64,000 nucleotides of DNA from Eubacteriales bacterium (lineage in GTDB: Bacteria > Bacillota > Clostridia > Oscillospirales > CAG-272): assembly GCA_045534215.1 (NCBI GenBank), contig JAZSJG010000008.1, positions 874-64,873 on the forward strand, read 5' to 3'. Of the stretch, positions 27,728 through 37,537 are shown piece by piece. The number at the start of each line of letters is the position of its first letter. The first letter of the stretch is position 1. The notes under the pieces are model-generated. The model was not told where the DNA came from and did not search any database. It saw only the letters and a list, made by a program, of their open reading frames with translations. The position numbers were made by a program, and so were the translations under genes.

Positions 27728-30634
27728 TTATCTTGCTATTTCTTCCATGATAAATGCTTCAAGGATATCGCCTTCCTTGATATCGTTGAACTTCTCGAGT
27801 CCTACACCGCATTCGTAACCGTCGTTAACCTCACGAACATCATCCTTGAATCGTCTGAGAGAAGAAATTTTATCCTCAAATATCACAATTCCGTCACGTA
27901 CTATGCGTATATTGGACTGTCTTGTAATCTTACCGTCGCGGATATAGCATCCGGCAATAGTTCCGACGTTTGGAACGCGAATCGTCTGACGAACCTCTGC
28001 ATGACCGAGAAGATTTTCCTTGTAGGTAGGAGCAAGCATACCCTTCATTGCCGCCTCTACCTCGTCTATTATTTCGTAGATTATGCGGTGAGTGCGGATA
28101 TCGACTCCGTTTCTCTCAGCAGAATCAAGTGCGTTCTTATCAGGGCGAACACTGAATCCGACTATTATCGCATTGGAAGCCGCAGCGAGCATAACATCGC
28201 TCTCTGTAATACCTCCGACAGCACTGTGAATTACAGCAACCTTTACCTCGTCATTTGAAAGCTTGATAAGAGATGCTTTTACCGCCTCTGCCGAACCGGC
28301 AACATCTGCTTTAACAATTATATTGAGTGTCTTAACACCGTCGGAAATTCTGCTGAACAAATCGTCCAGGTTCATTCTTGCGTTTGCAGCAAGAATTTCC
28401 TGACGTTGCTTTTCACGGCGCTGCTCGGCAAGATTTCTTGCCATTCTTTCATCCTCAACAGCATTGAGCTCGTCACCCGCCTGGGGAACGTCATCAAGAC
28501 CAACTATTTCAACGGGAACAGAGGGGCCTGCCGATTTTATGTTTTTGCCCTTGTCGTCAATCATTGCACGCACACGTCCTACTGCGTTTCCTACTATTAC
28601 GTAATCACCCTGATGTAAGGTTCCGTTCTGAACAAGAACTGTAGCCACAGGACCGCGACCCTTGTCGAGCTTAGACTCTATAACAAGACCTCTTGCACGT
28701 CTGTTCGGATTTGCCTTAAGCTCCTTTACCTCTGCAACGAGAAGCACATTTTCAAGAAGGTCGTCAATACCCATACCGGTAAGAGCAGAAACAGGAACGC
28801 AAATAACGTCACCGCCCCACGCTTCAGGTACAAGCTCATATTGGGTAAGCTGATTGAGAACATTATCGGGGTTCGCCTGCGGCTTATCCATTTTATTTAT
28901 AGCAACTATAATATCAATACCTGCTGCTTTTGCATGATTTATTGCTTCTATTGTCTGAGGCATAACACCGTCATCAGCAGCAACAACAAGTATTGCAATA
29001 TCGGTAGATTTTGCGCCGCGCATACGCATGGCAGTAAATGCTTCGTGACCGGGTGTATCAAGGAATGTGATATCCTGTCCGTTTGCTTTTACGCGGTATG
29101 CACCGATTGCCTGGGTAATACCGCCTGCCTCGCCTTTTGTTACATTTGTATGTCTTATGGCGTCAAGAATTGAGGTTTTACCGTGGTCAACGTGACCCAT
29201 AACACAAACAACAGGTGCTCTTGTTTCTACGTCGGCTTCATTTTCCTCCGACTCCGTAAAGAGCTTTTCTTCTATTGTGACAACAACTTCTTTTGTTACT
29301 TTTGCACCAAACTCGTCTGCAACAAGCTCGGCAGTAGCATAATCAACAACGTCGTTAACGCCCTTCATTTCACCCATAAGCATGAGCTTTTTGATAACCT
29401 CGGCAGAGGTTTTCTTAAGGCGTGCAGAAAGCTCGGATACGGTTATTTCTTCCGGAACAGTGATTTCAAGCTGTTTGTTTCTTGCTCTTTCGGCTTCAAG
29501 CTTCTTGATTTTTTCCTGAGCAGCTCTTTCCTTATCCTTAGCACTCTTCGCGTTCTGACCCTTGTTGTCCTGCTTCTTAAGCTTTTGCTTCGATGCCTTA
29601 GTATCAGAGCCATTTGCTATCGCATAATACTGGTCGTTATATCTATCGTCATATTTTGAAAGATTAACGTCAGAAGTTCTCATATTTACGACACGGGTTT
29701 TGGGTGTCTCCGCTTTATAATCCGTGTGAATATTAACTCCACCCTTAATATTGCTCATATCGATAGATGGCGTAATTGTACGGAACTCGTGCTTTTGCGC
29801 CTTCTTTTCTTCTTTTTTAGCGGGCGCGGTGGGCTTCTTTTCCACCGGCTTCTGCGCTGCCTGTTTAGCAAGCTTTTGCTGCTTTTCAAGCTGTGCTTGC
29901 TGCGCGGGACGCAATCCCGACGTAGTATTTACCTCAACCGTCGGCTTGGACTGCGGTGCACTTGTCAGCGGCTTCTGCTGAGGTCTGTTCTGACCGAATT
30001 CCTGCTGCGGACGCTTGCCCTCAGCCGCACGATTCATATTCTCGCGTCTTTTTGCAAACGGGTCTTCTTGGGGACGGTCATTGTACCTTTGATACTGGGG
30101 CTTTCTGTCCTGAGTACGACTCTGGAAGTCGTTTCTCGGCCTATACTCCTGCGCGGCATTTTTATAAGAAGCTTTCGAATCGTCCTGTCTTTCCTTTGGA
30201 GTGTATGCCCTATCCGGCTTCGCATCGTACCGTCTTGATTCAGGCGCTTGAGCTTTTGGCGCTTCCTTAGCAGCAGGTTTTGCTTCCGGAGCTTTCACCT
30301 TCGCCACTTCCTTCACATTCGGCTTTGCTTCCGGAGCTGTTGTCTTGGGTTCTTGCTGCGCGAGCGTCGGCTGCTCTTTTGCGGGAGCAGGTGCTTTTTC
30401 TTCAGTTTTTTCCTTTTTATTTACCGATTCGATTTTAGACTTACCCGAAAGATAAGAATCAAGGTCCTTAATCTGATGGGATTTTGTCAATTGGGAGATA
30501 AATATTTCGAATTCCTCCGTCTCAACGACAGCCCCGCTCTTTTTCTCCATTCCAAGATTCTTGAATTCGTCCAAAATTTCTTTGGATTTCATATTAAAGT
30601 CTTTAGATATCTGTGATATCTTGATTTGAGCCAT
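27728..30634 (-). CDS. infB: Translation initiation factor IF-2
   Basis: N-terminus [22 protein letters not shown]-domain [23 protein letters not shown]. Low-complexity K/P/Q/A-rich linker. The ATG at 30634 is preferred over the longer ORF-track start. Confidence 0.95.
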   Translation of the reverse strand: MAQIKISQISKDFNMKSKEILDEFKNLGMEKKSGAVVETEEFEIFISQLTKSHQIKDLDSYLSGKSKIESVNKKEKTEEKAPAPAKEQPTLAQQEPKTTAPEAKPNVKEVAKVKAPEAKPAAKEAPKAQAPESRRYDAKPDRAYTPKERQDDSKASYKNAAQEYRPRNDFQSRTQDRKPQYQRYNDRPQEDPFAKRRENMNRAAEGKRPQQEFGQNRPQQKPLTSAPQSKPTVEVNTTSGLRPAQQAQLEKQQKLAKQAAQKPVEKKPTAPAKKEEKKAQKHEFRTITPSIDMSNIKGGVNIHTDYKAETPKTRVVNMRTSDVNLSKYDDRYNDQYYAIANGSDTKASKQKLKKQDNKGQNAKSAKDKERAAQEKIKKLEAERARNKQLEITVPEEITVSELSARLKKTSAEVIKKLMLMGEMKGVNDVVDYATAELVADEFGAKVTKEVVVTIEEKLFTESEENEADVETRAPVVCVMGHVDHGKTSILDAIRHTNVTKGEAGGITQAIGAYRVKANGQDITFLDTPGHEAFTAMRMRGAKSTDIAILVVAADDGVMPQTIEAINHAKAAGIDIIVAINKMDKPQANPDNVLNQLTQYELVPEAWGGDVICVPVSALTGMGIDDLLENVLLVAEVKELKANPNRRARGLVIESKLDKGRGPVATVLVQNGTLHQGDYVIVGNAVGRVRAMIDDKGKNIKSAGPSVPVEIVGLDDVPQAGDELNAVEDERMARNLAEQRREKQRQEILAANARMNLDDLFSRISDGVKTLNIIVKADVAGSAEAVKASLIKLSNDEVKVAVIHSAVGGITESDVMLAAASNAIIVGFSVRPDKNALDSAERNGVDIRTHRIIYEIIDEVEAAMKGMLAPTYKENLLGHAEVRQTIRVPNVGTIAGCYIRDGKITRQSNIRIVRDGIVIFEDKISSLRRFKDDVREVNDGYECGVGLEKFNDIKEGDILEAFIMEEIAR

Positions 30635-30686
30635 ATGAGTCACCGGTTTTCGCCTAACGAAAACTTCCTTTCTGCAAAGATTAATA

Positions 30687-31010
30687 TTATTCGGATACGG
30701 TCGCCTTTTTAATCTGCTCGGCAAAGCCCCTGTCGGTTATACCGATTACTGCCGGGGCATATGTTTTTCCGAGCTGTTTACCGAGGTGCTCCGTATCTAT
30801 ATCCACCTCGATGGAGGGTATGTTGTAAAAATCACTTTTGTGCCTTATCTTTTTCTTTGTTGCATCCGATGCGTAAGCGGAGTAAACTACCGCACATACC
30901 GTGCCTTTTTTCATAGAGCTGCAAACGAGGTCGCATCCTATGATAACCTTGCCTGCTCGCATTGCAAATCCGAGCATGCCGAAAAATCGCTGCAAATTTT
31001 TATTTTCCAA
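30687..31010 (-). CDS. ylxQ: L7Ae-family RNA-binding protein YlxQ
   Basis: [12 protein letters not shown] motif, positioned between ylxR and infB. The start is uncertain: TTG at 31010 overlapping the ylxR stop, or ATG at 30977. Confidence 0.75.
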   Translation of the reverse strand: MENKNLQRFFGMLGFAMRAGKVIIGCDLVCSSMKKGTVCAVVYSAYASDATKKKIRHKSDFYNIPSIEVDIDTEHLGKQLGKTYAPAVIGITDRGFAEQIKKATVSE

Positions 31011-31278
31011 GAGAAAGCTCCTCTGTAAGTTTTTCGTACACATCATCCGGTACAGTGCAATCAAGAGCCGAATCAAGTCTTTTTGCTCGCTTTGCCTTTT
31101 TCAAGCACTCATTCTTTTTACAGATGTACGCTCCTCTTCCCGACTTTTTACCTGTAAAGTCTATGCATATTTCCCCATCGGGTGTTCTTACGACTCTTAC
31201 AAGCTCCTTTTTGGGAAAATGCTGAGAGCATCCCGTACAGCGTCTTATCGGCTGACGTTTTTCTGTTTTAACGGGCAT
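31000..31278 (-). CDS. ylxR: YlxR/RnpM (DUF448) RNA-binding protein
   Basis: PIRRCTGCSQHFPKKELVRVV...GRGAYIC motif, immediately downstream of nusA. Confidence 0.88.
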   Translation of the reverse strand: MPVKTEKRQPIRRCTGCSQHFPKKELVRVVRTPDGEICIDFTGKKSGRGAYICKKNECLKKAKRAKRLDSALDCTVPDDVYEKLTEELSLGK

Positions 31279-31330
31279 TTTGACACTTCCTTTCTTTCGG
31301 ATTTTGGTATTGCTGCGGTTTATGTTGTGC

Positions 31331-32362
31331 TTACGCTTTAATATCTATTTTGCAACCGGTAAGACGGGCTACAAGCTTTGCATTCTGTCCTTCTTTTCCT
31401 ATTGCGAGGGAAAGCTGATCGGGGGAAACTGTAACCTTGCAGGAGCGCTCACCGTCCATAACAACAGAAATAACCTTTGCGGGAGAAAGTGCTTCCGCAA
31501 CATATTCGGGAAGATTTTCGCTGTATTTGATAACATCTATCTTTTCGTTTCCGAGCTCGTTAAGAATAGCGGAAATTCTCATTCCGTTCTTTCCTATACA
31601 AGAACCTATTGCATCAACGTTTTCATCTCTTGATTCAACCGCAATTTTAGTTCTGCTTCCCGCCTCTCTTGAAATTCCCTTTATAACGATTGTGCCATCC
31701 TGAATCTCGGGGATTTCAAGCTCGAAAAGGCGCTTTACGAAATTGGGGTGTATTCTTGAAAGTGTTACAAGAGGACCTCTCATCTCGCCCGACTTAACCT
31801 CAGATATAAAGACTTTAATTCTATCTCCGACATCGTGAATTTCGCCGGGTATTTGTTCCTGTTTAAGAAGAGTTGCATAACCTGTTCCGGTATCGAGAAT
31901 AAGGTTGCCTGAGGAGTTATCAACCTTATCAACTATTGCAGTTATGATTTCTTCCCTCTTCTCCTCATACTCTCTTGTCTGTCTTTCGCGCTCGGCATCA
32001 CGAATTGCCTGAATTATCATCTGCTTACCTGTTGTTGCCGAAATTCTGCGAAATGTTTTCGTCTTAAGCTCATTCTCGACGTATCCACCGAGCTTATTGC
32101 GGCGGCTCAATGCCTTTGCATCAGAAAGTGCTATCTGGCTTTTGGGGTCTACGACCTCACCGTCCGGCACAACAAGGCGCTGCTGATAAACCTTAAGGTC
32201 CTGCTTTACAGGGTCGAGATGCACTCTTACTACAGTCGTTGCACCGACTTCCTTTCTGCACGAGTTTGCAAGAGCTGCTTCAATTTTTGCTATCATGTAC
32301 TCTTTCGGGATTCCCTTTTCACGTTCAAGAAGCTCGAGAGCTTCGAAAAATTCCTTATTCAT
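31331..32362 (-). CDS. nusA: Transcription termination/antitermination factor NusA
   Basis: MNKEFFEALELLEREKGIP N-terminus, S1 and two KH regions (GSCIGKNGMRI, AIGKEGQNAKL). Confidence 0.95.
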   Translation of the reverse strand: MNKEFFEALELLEREKGIPKEYMIAKIEAALANSCRKEVGATTVVRVHLDPVKQDLKVYQQRLVVPDGEVVDPKSQIALSDAKALSRRNKLGGYVENELKTKTFRRISATTGKQMIIQAIRDAERERQTREYEEKREEIITAIVDKVDNSSGNLILDTGTGYATLLKQEQIPGEIHDVGDRIKVFISEVKSGEMRGPLVTLSRIHPNFVKRLFELEIPEIQDGTIVIKGISREAGSRTKIAVESRDENVDAIGSCIGKNGMRISAILNELGNEKIDVIKYSENLPEYVAEALSPAKVISVVMDGERSCKVTVSPDQLSLAIGKEGQNAKLVARLTGCKIDIKA

Positions 32363-32404
32363 TTTTTGCTTTCACCTCGTAATTATTGAATTACTGTCCT
32401 TTCT

Positions 32405-32866
32405 TTATTCATCAAAATAAACTGTGGTCAACTTAGCTATCTCGTCTTTTCCAAGACAAATCTCTTTATTACCAACCGTAATAGTTATAACCGAATTCTC
32501 ATAGGAAACAAGCTCGCCTTGAATTTCCTTGCTTCCGTCCTTTGCTACAAAGAGCTTTGCAAGCACTTTTTCTCCTATTGAAAGATTTATATGCTCATCC
32601 GTTCTCAATTCTCTTTCTATACCGGGTGAAGAAACCTCAAGATAATAGAAATTTTCAATAGGGTCACACTCATCAAGAATGGGGTCTATTGCTCTGTGTA
32701 CCTTTTCGCAATCATCTATATTAACGCCACCGTCGCTGTCGATGGTTATCTCAAGATGATAGTCTGCACCCACCTTTGAATACACGACGTCCCAAATTCT
32801 GTAACCGAGCTGATTTACCGTCGGTTCTATTGCCTCGCGCACGGTGTCCTTTATGCTTTTTTTCAT
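32405..32866 (-). CDS. rimP: Ribosome maturation factor RimP
   Basis: AGGAGG RBS before the ATG at 32866. LEVSSPGIEREL motif. First gene of the nusA operon. The ORF-track N-terminal extension was rejected. Confidence 0.88.
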   Translation of the reverse strand: MKKSIKDTVREAIEPTVNQLGYRIWDVVYSKVGADYHLEITIDSDGGVNIDDCEKVHRAIDPILDECDPIENFYYLEVSSPGIERELRTDEHINLSIGEKVLAKLFVAKDGSKEIQGELVSYENSVITITVGNKEICLGKDEIAKLTTVYFDE

Positions 32867-32910
32867 TCTGCACTTCACCTCCTGAAAGTAAAATATATAA
32901 ACGGTGCTTA

Positions 32911-32946
32911 TACAACAAACGAAGAGTGACCCTCGAGCCACTCTTC
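32911..32946 (-). promoter_or_regulatory. Leader hairpin plus U-rich tract upstream of rimP-nusA (candidate attenuator)
   Basis: An 8-bp GC-rich stem, gaagagtg (32921-32928) pairing with cactcttc (32939-32946), is followed on the minus strand by GTTTGTTGT. It lies between the predicted promoter and the rimP RBS. Confidence 0.4.
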
Positions 32947-32969
32947 ATCCTACACTATTCATCGTACTT

Positions 32970-32997
32970 ATTATATCATACTTTCAGAAAAAATCAA
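32970..32997 (-). promoter_or_regulatory. Candidate promoter of the rimP-nusA-ylxR-ylxQ-infB operon
   Basis: Minus strand reads TTGATT, 16-nt spacer, TATAAT. Confidence 0.55.
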
Positions 32998-33016
32998 TAG
33001 TTTTTATAAAATATTT

Positions 33017-33247
33017 TTACAATATTTTTTCTTTAGTGGAATAGTCATTTACCGACCTTCCCATCCTGTAACGGCGTCTGCGAAGCGCACGGTTTCCGCT
33101 AAGCTTGGAGTAATTCTTGAGTATGTCTTCAATTTCGGCATTTATGCGCATTCGTTCAACTTCAAGACGTCGAATTTCGTCCGTTTTTTCTCCGGACGTC
33201 ATACTCTTTGGGTCTACATTGATTTTTTTCTTTGCAAATAATCCCAT
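33017..33247 (-). CDS. Small basic hypothetical protein (76 aa)
   Basis: The ORF lies 24 nt downstream of the 967-aa gene on the same strand. It has predicted helical/coiled-coil character (EIRRLEVERMRINAEIEDILK). Confidence 0.5.
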   Translation of the reverse strand: MGLFAKKKINVDPKSMTSGEKTDEIRRLEVERMRINAEIEDILKNYSKLSGNRALRRRRYRMGRSVNDYSTKEKIL

Positions 33248-33271
33248 AAAAATTCTCCTATAATTCGCATA

Positions 33272-36175
33272 TTAACCGTTGAACCACTCTAATAGCTTTG
33301 TCAAAAAGGGTGATATTTTGTCAGAAAACATATGCCAGAGCAAAAGAGCAGCAACGACGAAGAGAAGAACTCCGATAATCCACGCGCCCATAGCTCTGTT
33401 GTCCGCATAATCGTCATCCTGCTTCCGCGCCTTTCTGATAAGAAAATCAACATCCCTGTTAATGCCTCGTATTCTTGATTTAGCACTTCTGATTTTGCGA
33501 ATCAGCTCTGCCTTGGCACTGCCGCGGATATCAGCAACCTTAAGCTTATATTTTGAGGTTTCAATCTCAACAGCGCACTCGGTTTTTTGGTTCATAAGTG
33601 TGTATATTTTTTCCTTGAGATCTACGGGGGCGTGCAGCTTTTCCACCTTTGCGGCAAGTCTTTTTTGCGACTTGTACACTAATTTTGCATACTTCTTGAC
33701 TACTTCGTTATTTTTAGCGTCAAATCCTCTTTTTTCGGTATGCTTTTTGTTTCTTCCGTAAAGAGATAACAGGCGCTCATTAAGAGATTCTCTTTCGGAA
33801 AGTAGGACATCAAGGCGCATACGTAATGAAGCAAGGCGCTCGGGGTTTGTTCTCTTCTTTACTCTTTCAAATTCCGGCTCGACAAGCTTAAGATAATAAT
33901 ATCTCTTGTTATCCTCTTTTTCAAGCATGAGTGCTTTTTTAATATTTCTACGCAGTCGCTTGATTTTGCCGGTAATTCTTCTCGCCTCGTTCTTTTTTCT
34001 TTCATCCTTTACACTAAATGAGTAAAGGGACATGTTCATTTCGTTTTCGAGCTTGACAATTTCGTACTCCATTCTGGCTTTTACGAGAAGCTCATCTCTT
34101 TGCTTTGCAAGCTTTACCGCATTCATACGCTCAGCGTATTGCTTTGCGTTGTCCCTTCTAGTATATCCGCTGTTATTCGAATCTACAGGCGGAAGACCCT
34201 TTTTAGCCCTCTTTGCAATGCGCCGCATTTCTTTACCATGTTCTTTTGCAAAGCGCAGCTTTTCTATTCTTGCAGCTCTTTTGTCATCCTCGGACATGAA
34301 GTCCGACTCTATTTTTTCAATATCGACATATTGAATATCGGGTATCATAGGACAGGGCTTCCCCATAGCAACATCGTCTGCAACCGAACTTTCGATATAA
34401 GGAGCTGATTCACCTGTCAAAATCTCATATTCTTCTGCGGCAATATTGAACTGAAGTATATATGCGTGTAATTTTTTCTTGCGCCTTGCTGCTTCTTTTT
34501 TATCGTTTGCTCCAACGCAAATCACAAGATTTTCAGATGCAATTTTGATAAGCTCTTTATACGTCTGTATTCTTTCCACAGCAAGATTTACACCGATGAT
34601 GCCCGGCGTTCTTTTTTGCCTTCTCTCAGCTTTTTTCGCTTTTTTTATAAGTGTAAACTCTTGCTTAGAATTTTTGCTTAAAAATTTAATGAGCTCACGT
34701 CTGTCAAGATAGGAGGTTTCCGAGCCCTCGGGGCTGTTACGCGTCTGCTCCGCAGGTTCGCTAAGCGGCTCTTGTCGCGGCACCGCCCGCGAGGATGGCT
34801 CGCCTATGCCATAACCGGAAAATCCGTAATCCGTACCGTACGTGTCCGGATTTTCGGGAAAATCCTTGCCTTGAAGTGCTGCTTCCAGGTCGCGCTCATA
34901 GTCGTCAATCGCTTCTCTTTGCTTTTCAAGGTCAGCATATTTTTCAATATCCGCTCGAGTCCCTCCGTCACCGTATGACATATAAGGCATCGGATTTTCG
35001 GGAGTCGGGAAGGAATACCCTATCGGTTGATGTTCATCGCGGGACGGAATGCCATATTCTACAGGTTGATACTCATCTGAAATCGGATACGGCGGAAGCC
35101 CCGCTCTTCTTCGCTCAAGCTCCATTCTTTTGGCTCTTATTGCCTGAATTTCACCATTATAGAGCTTTTCCTCTTCAATGAGACGTCTTAATTCCTCTTC
35201 ATGTATATCAGCCGCTGCGTCTATCGCCTCGGAAGCTATTTGTCTTTGCGCTCTTATTGTTCCGAAATTAGCATCACAAGAACAATTTGAAGGTTCACCT
35301 TGAGCATATCGTCCAAAACAAGCATCACCACCGACATCACCGTCAGGCGACTCTTGTCCCAATATCTTATAAGCATCAATTTTCAAAATTATTCTGTCAG
35401 AGTCGGTTTCTTCGGACGGCTCCGGGAGTTCTTCTCTCTGCTCTTCCGTCTCATTCTCCGGTGAATCAAGGTCAGCAACGAGGTCTGAAGCGCTATGCCA
35501 CACACCGTCTTCGGCCGCCCTTTTTTCCATGCCGAAGTCAAGCACATCCTTGCCAATAATCTCCTCTGCGCTATGCCACACATCCTCTGTTTTTAAAAGC
35601 TCCTCGGCACTATGCCACACTCCGAGTTCGCTTTGATTTGGAGCTTCGGCGCACTCATCTTCAACACATTCCATATCCGCTTGTGCTTCAGTTTTTTCGG
35701 CTTGATTTTGGTATGAGTCACCTTGCAGCAGCGTCACATCCTCACGCTTAAGAAGCTGTTCGATACGTTGCTTCCTGGCTTCCTCATCCTCGCTTTCAGC
35801 AAAAGCTCTTTGCTGCTCGAGTATCTGCTCCTTCAATCTGTCTTTGCCCGAAAAAGCTCTCCTGTATTCTCCGCCGGTTTTTACATCTCCTGCCTCAGCA
35901 TTTTTTCTGGCGCGCTCTGTCTCTTGCGTCATTTGACGGCGAGCGTTTTCTATGCGTTCCTCTCTTTTGCGTTCATTTTCTTCAAGGAGCTTTTCTATAT
36001 CATTATCCGTCGCAACCGCAAGGTTTCTGTCTGCCTTTCCGATATGCTCTGCGGCTTTTATTGCTTTTTCCTTTCCCGTCGCGCCCGAGTTAACAGCGGG
36101 TGCGTCTTTTTGTGTCTGCTGATTTAAGATTTCTGCTTCTGCATTTTCAATTCTATCATTCAAAGCATCCGCCAC
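33272..36175 (-). CDS. Large coiled-coil protein (967 aa), tail-anchored by one C-terminal TM helix, with a triple VWHSA repeat
   Basis: GTG start with AAGGGAG RBS. Charged heptad-like sequence throughout. Three copies of (G)VWHSA(E/S)(E/D)(L/I). The C-terminus AWIIGVLLFVVAALLLWHMF is hydrophobic. Confidence 0.7.
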   Translation of the reverse strand: MADALNDRIENAEAEILNQQTQKDAPAVNSGATGKEKAIKAAEHIGKADRNLAVATDNDIEKLLEENERKREERIENARRQMTQETERARKNAEAGDVKTGGEYRRAFSGKDRLKEQILEQQRAFAESEDEEARKQRIEQLLKREDVTLLQGDSYQNQAEKTEAQADMECVEDECAEAPNQSELGVWHSAEELLKTEDVWHSAEEIIGKDVLDFGMEKRAAEDGVWHSASDLVADLDSPENETEEQREELPEPSEETDSDRIILKIDAYKILGQESPDGDVGGDACFGRYAQGEPSNCSCDANFGTIRAQRQIASEAIDAAADIHEEELRRLIEEEKLYNGEIQAIRAKRMELERRRAGLPPYPISDEYQPVEYGIPSRDEHQPIGYSFPTPENPMPYMSYGDGGTRADIEKYADLEKQREAIDDYERDLEAALQGKDFPENPDTYGTDYGFSGYGIGEPSSRAVPRQEPLSEPAEQTRNSPEGSETSYLDRRELIKFLSKNSKQEFTLIKKAKKAERRQKRTPGIIGVNLAVERIQTYKELIKIASENLVICVGANDKKEAARRKKKLHAYILQFNIAAEEYEILTGESAPYIESSVADDVAMGKPCPMIPDIQYVDIEKIESDFMSEDDKRAARIEKLRFAKEHGKEMRRIAKRAKKGLPPVDSNNSGYTRRDNAKQYAERMNAVKLAKQRDELLVKARMEYEIVKLENEMNMSLYSFSVKDERKKNEARRITGKIKRLRRNIKKALMLEKEDNKRYYYLKLVEPEFERVKKRTNPERLASLRMRLDVLLSERESLNERLLSLYGRNKKHTEKRGFDAKNNEVVKKYAKLVYKSQKRLAAKVEKLHAPVDLKEKIYTLMNQKTECAVEIETSKYKLKVADIRGSAKAELIRKIRSAKSRIRGINRDVDFLIRKARKQDDDYADNRAMGAWIIGVLLFVVAALLLWHMFSDKISPFLTKLLEWFNG

Positions 36176-36234
36176 TTCCGCCGTCTCCCTTCTTTAGTGT
36201 TTATTCAAACATTTTTAACACGGGGTAATACATT

Positions 36235-36675
36235 CTATACTTGACTCTCTGCACAAGCTTCTTTTTCCTGCCCTGCCTCGTAATGCTTGAGAAGAAAATT
36301 AAGAATATCTCGCCTTAAGACAATTCCGATAAAGCATCCTCTGTCATCAACTATAGACACAAAGTTGTGCTCGCGAACATTAGCAATAAGCTCGCTTAAT
36401 GACGCATTATGATAGAGGGGCTTTGAATAACTTTTATCGAGAATAGTCATCACGGAATCCTTTTCGGCAGCGCGCGAATCGAAGCTGCCGTTGTCCATGA
36501 AATATTTGTATATATCGTCATTTCTCAAAGTTCCTACGTATACACCGCTGTCGTCAAGCACGGGTATTGCCACGTACCTGTGGTACCTCATTTTTTCAAG
36601 TGCCTGTCTTACGGTGCTTTCCGTATCTATGTACTCAACGGCACTTTTTGGAATAATAAATCGCAAAATGTTCAT
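36235..36675 (-). CDS. CBS-domain pair protein
   Basis: 146 aa with two CBS-like segments (HRYVAIPVLDDSGVYVGTL and HNFVSIVDDRGCFIGIV). Confidence 0.75.
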   Translation of the reverse strand: MNILRFIIPKSAVEYIDTESTVRQALEKMRYHRYVAIPVLDDSGVYVGTLRNDDIYKYFMDNGSFDSRAAEKDSVMTILDKSYSKPLYHNASLSELIANVREHNFVSIVDDRGCFIGIVLRRDILNFLLKHYEAGQEKEACAESQV

Positions 36676-36692
36676 TTTGCTTCCGCCTTTCG

Positions 36693-37532
36693 TTAATGAT
36701 AAAGCGTCGTTCCTATAACTGTCGCAAATTCCGCATTTTTAGGTATTATAAAATTCACTCCGTACATTTTCTTCATGCTGTTGAAAAAGTTAAACTTTTC
36801 CTTGCAAAACTCGAGTCGGGAAAGATTTCCTGTCAGTACAACATCCTTAACCCCTACGGAGCGTGCAGCAAAGATTGAAACCATACCTATTGTTTCGTAG
36901 ACCATATTCAATATTCCTGCCGCGATATCGTTCTTTTCCGCCAGCTCGGAAACATTTCCGAAATTTGATGCGGTAAGCTCGGCTGTAAGCTCGCTTGCTG
37001 TGTCGGGTGCAGTGATATCTCTTATACATAGGTCTACGTTTGATACGTTGCCCGAAGCAGAGTACTCGGCTATGTGCTCAACCGATTCCGCGTTTAAAAG
37101 AAGCTTTGAGAGCCCGACAAGAGTTCCTCCGCCGACGCCGGTGCCACCAAGGTAATTCATTTTTCCGTCCGCTGCCGCATGCACTATTGCCGTTCCGGTT
37201 CCCATGCTGACAACCAATGCGTTATCAAGTCCCGAAAGATATCTGCCGCCAAGACCTATTGCATTGAATTCGGGTACTCGCACGCAATCTAAGCCGTACA
37301 TATCTCTTTTAATATATGACGAGCCGACACCCGTCATCATTATTCTGTCTATTTCCTTTATAGAGAGTCCGTTCTCGTCCGTAAATTTACCAAAAGCACC
37401 GTAGGTAGCTGTCACTGGATCGTTTGCCTTAACGAATTGCGGAGTTATAAGAATTTTTTTGTCGCCCTCGCATCTGATTCCTACTATTTTAGTTGTGCTT
37501 CCGCCAACGTCTATACCTATTACAACACTCAT
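36693..37532 (-). CDS. coaW: Type II pantothenate kinase
   Basis: ASKHA-fold motifs GIDVGGSTTKIVG, MGTGTAIV and GGTGVGGGTLVGL; about 279 aa. Confidence 0.7.
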   Translation of the reverse strand: MSVVIGIDVGGSTTKIVGIRCEGDKKILITPQFVKANDPVTATYGAFGKFTDENGLSIKEIDRIMMTGVGSSYIKRDMYGLDCVRVPEFNAIGLGGRYLSGLDNALVVSMGTGTAIVHAAADGKMNYLGGTGVGGGTLVGLSKLLLNAESVEHIAEYSASGNVSNVDLCIRDITAPDTASELTAELTASNFGNVSELAEKNDIAAGILNMVYETIGMVSIFAARSVGVKDVVLTGNLSRLEFCKEKFNFFNSMKKMYGVNFIIPKNAEFATVIGTTLYH

Positions 37533-37537
37533 TTTGT

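Noticed and set aside
28900-30600. Long low-complexity K/P/Q/A-rich region of IF-2, and the K/E/H-rich insert of Jag (62270-62440), considered as unusual repeats.
   Set aside because: Variable, compositionally biased N-terminal linkers are normal for IF-2. Charged linkers are common in Jag/KhpB. Neither is informative.
32867-32941. N-terminal extensions suggested by the ORF track for rimP (32941), infB (30724), ylxQ (31076), the MutS-like gene (39205), hpt (59843), and the lipoprotein genes (2144 and 4931).
   Set aside because: In each case an internal start codon has a proper GGAGG-type RBS and gives the canonical N-terminus or signal peptide. The extensions overlap promoters, terminators or upstream genes.
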